64,000 nucleotides of DNA, from contig OX597817.1 of NCBI GenBank assembly GCA_951406725.2, positions 32,984,001 through 33,048,000 on the forward strand, read 5' to 3'. Under the pieces are notes generated by a model. That model saw only the letters and a program-made list of their open reading frames with translations. It ran no database searches and was not told where the DNA came from. A program made the position numbers and the translations under genes. This stretch comes from Octopus vulgaris (Eukaryota). Shown one piece after another: positions 63,060 through 64,000 of this stretch. Numbering within the stretch: position 1 is the stretch's first letter; each line of letters opens with the position of its first letter.

Positions 63060-64000
63060 GTGAGGTTTAGTTTTTTGTGTTTTGTCTTTTACACAATAAA
63101 AATGCAATATACCTTTCTGCTTGTTCTGCACTGTAACAAAACAAAAATGCCCCTCCCCCCACCAGTTTTCAATCTCAGTAGCACTGATTACATTTATGCT
63201 ATTGTGTTTCTTGTTTGTGATTATATATATATATATATGTATGTATATGTATGTATGTATATGTAAGAACCCAGGTCATAAAAAACAGGCTCTAATATAT
63301 TCCTCAATGGAGTGGGTATATTGATATTTATACTATACAGTATTGTAGATCCATTTCAGGTGATTTTTACCGAACAGTTTTGCAATTGAGATAGTGCCAA
63401 GATGGAAGATACTTTCCATACCAGCCCTTCTGATGAGTGCCATTTTAGGTTATCCCCTAATTTGTGTGTAAAACCAATTTGTAAAATCAAATCAGCCGAA
63501 GTGGATCTAGAATACTATATATATATATATATATATATATATCTTTACTAAGTCTTAATGAAGATTGTACCTGTTAATAAAAGCCTTACATATAAGCAAT
63601 AAAAAGAAGTAAACAACTGAAAATAAATATTAATTTGTTCCTCTTTATCTATATATTAGTTTGTGTTTTGTTATAGTACACTGTGTATTATTCCTCTGGT
63701 TCTCCTGATCATAATGGTGTTCTCTGGTTGTAGTTAGTTCTCATGTCCCTTGGCAAAACACTCTGTTCTAGTTGTATTATATCAGCATTGGGCATTTTAG
63801 ATTGCCTTTCTATATATTCTCTCTTTTTGGTTTCCTTCTCTCTATACCCTACCTTTGTCTCATATTATTTTCCTTTTATCTTTCTTTCTCTCTCCTTTCA
63901 CTTTCCTTTCTTTGGCACTTTGTCTTGATTTCTTCTTGTTTTTTTTTTTTTTATTTTCTCAAATCTGATTTTGTTATTCCATTGTTTTTTTTTCCTGTCT

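Overview
AT-rich, CpG-depleted eukaryotic DNA. The repeat complement and AT/GAT/TTA microsatellite texture suggest an octopus or other coleoid cephalopod; this is inference, not a database match. The window lies inside one large + strand gene, the PDZ-GEF / RAPGEF2-RAPGEF6 orthologue. Three in-phase exons are clear: 37442-37517 (end of the N-terminal cNMP-like region), 50387-50656 (a polyQ/H exon) and 58131-58358 (SRASDTSSAYSGSD...SGLTESMVDSDEEE). I could not find the upstream coding exons or the downstream CNB/REM/PDZ/RA/GEF exons, so they probably lie outside the window. Two frame-preserving candidate cassette exons were found by eye: 21 nt at 63039-63059 and 42 nt at 41697-41738. The rest is intron filled with tRNA-derived SINEs, RTE LINE fragments (one with a PHD finger inside the RT region), an R4/Dong-type fragment in a TAA microsatellite, a decayed Tc1/mariner element, TTAA (piggyBac-type) MITEs, minisatellites, a near-perfect 192-bp-arm fold-back and several locally templated duplications. 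A CpG-retaining intronic island with two perfect CRE palindromes (about 15.4-16.7 kb) looks like an internal promoter or enhancer. No prokaryotic features, CRISPR arrays or intact transposon ORFs were seen, and nearly all ORFs in the supplied track are spurious. Repeat boundaries are approximate and were read by eye.
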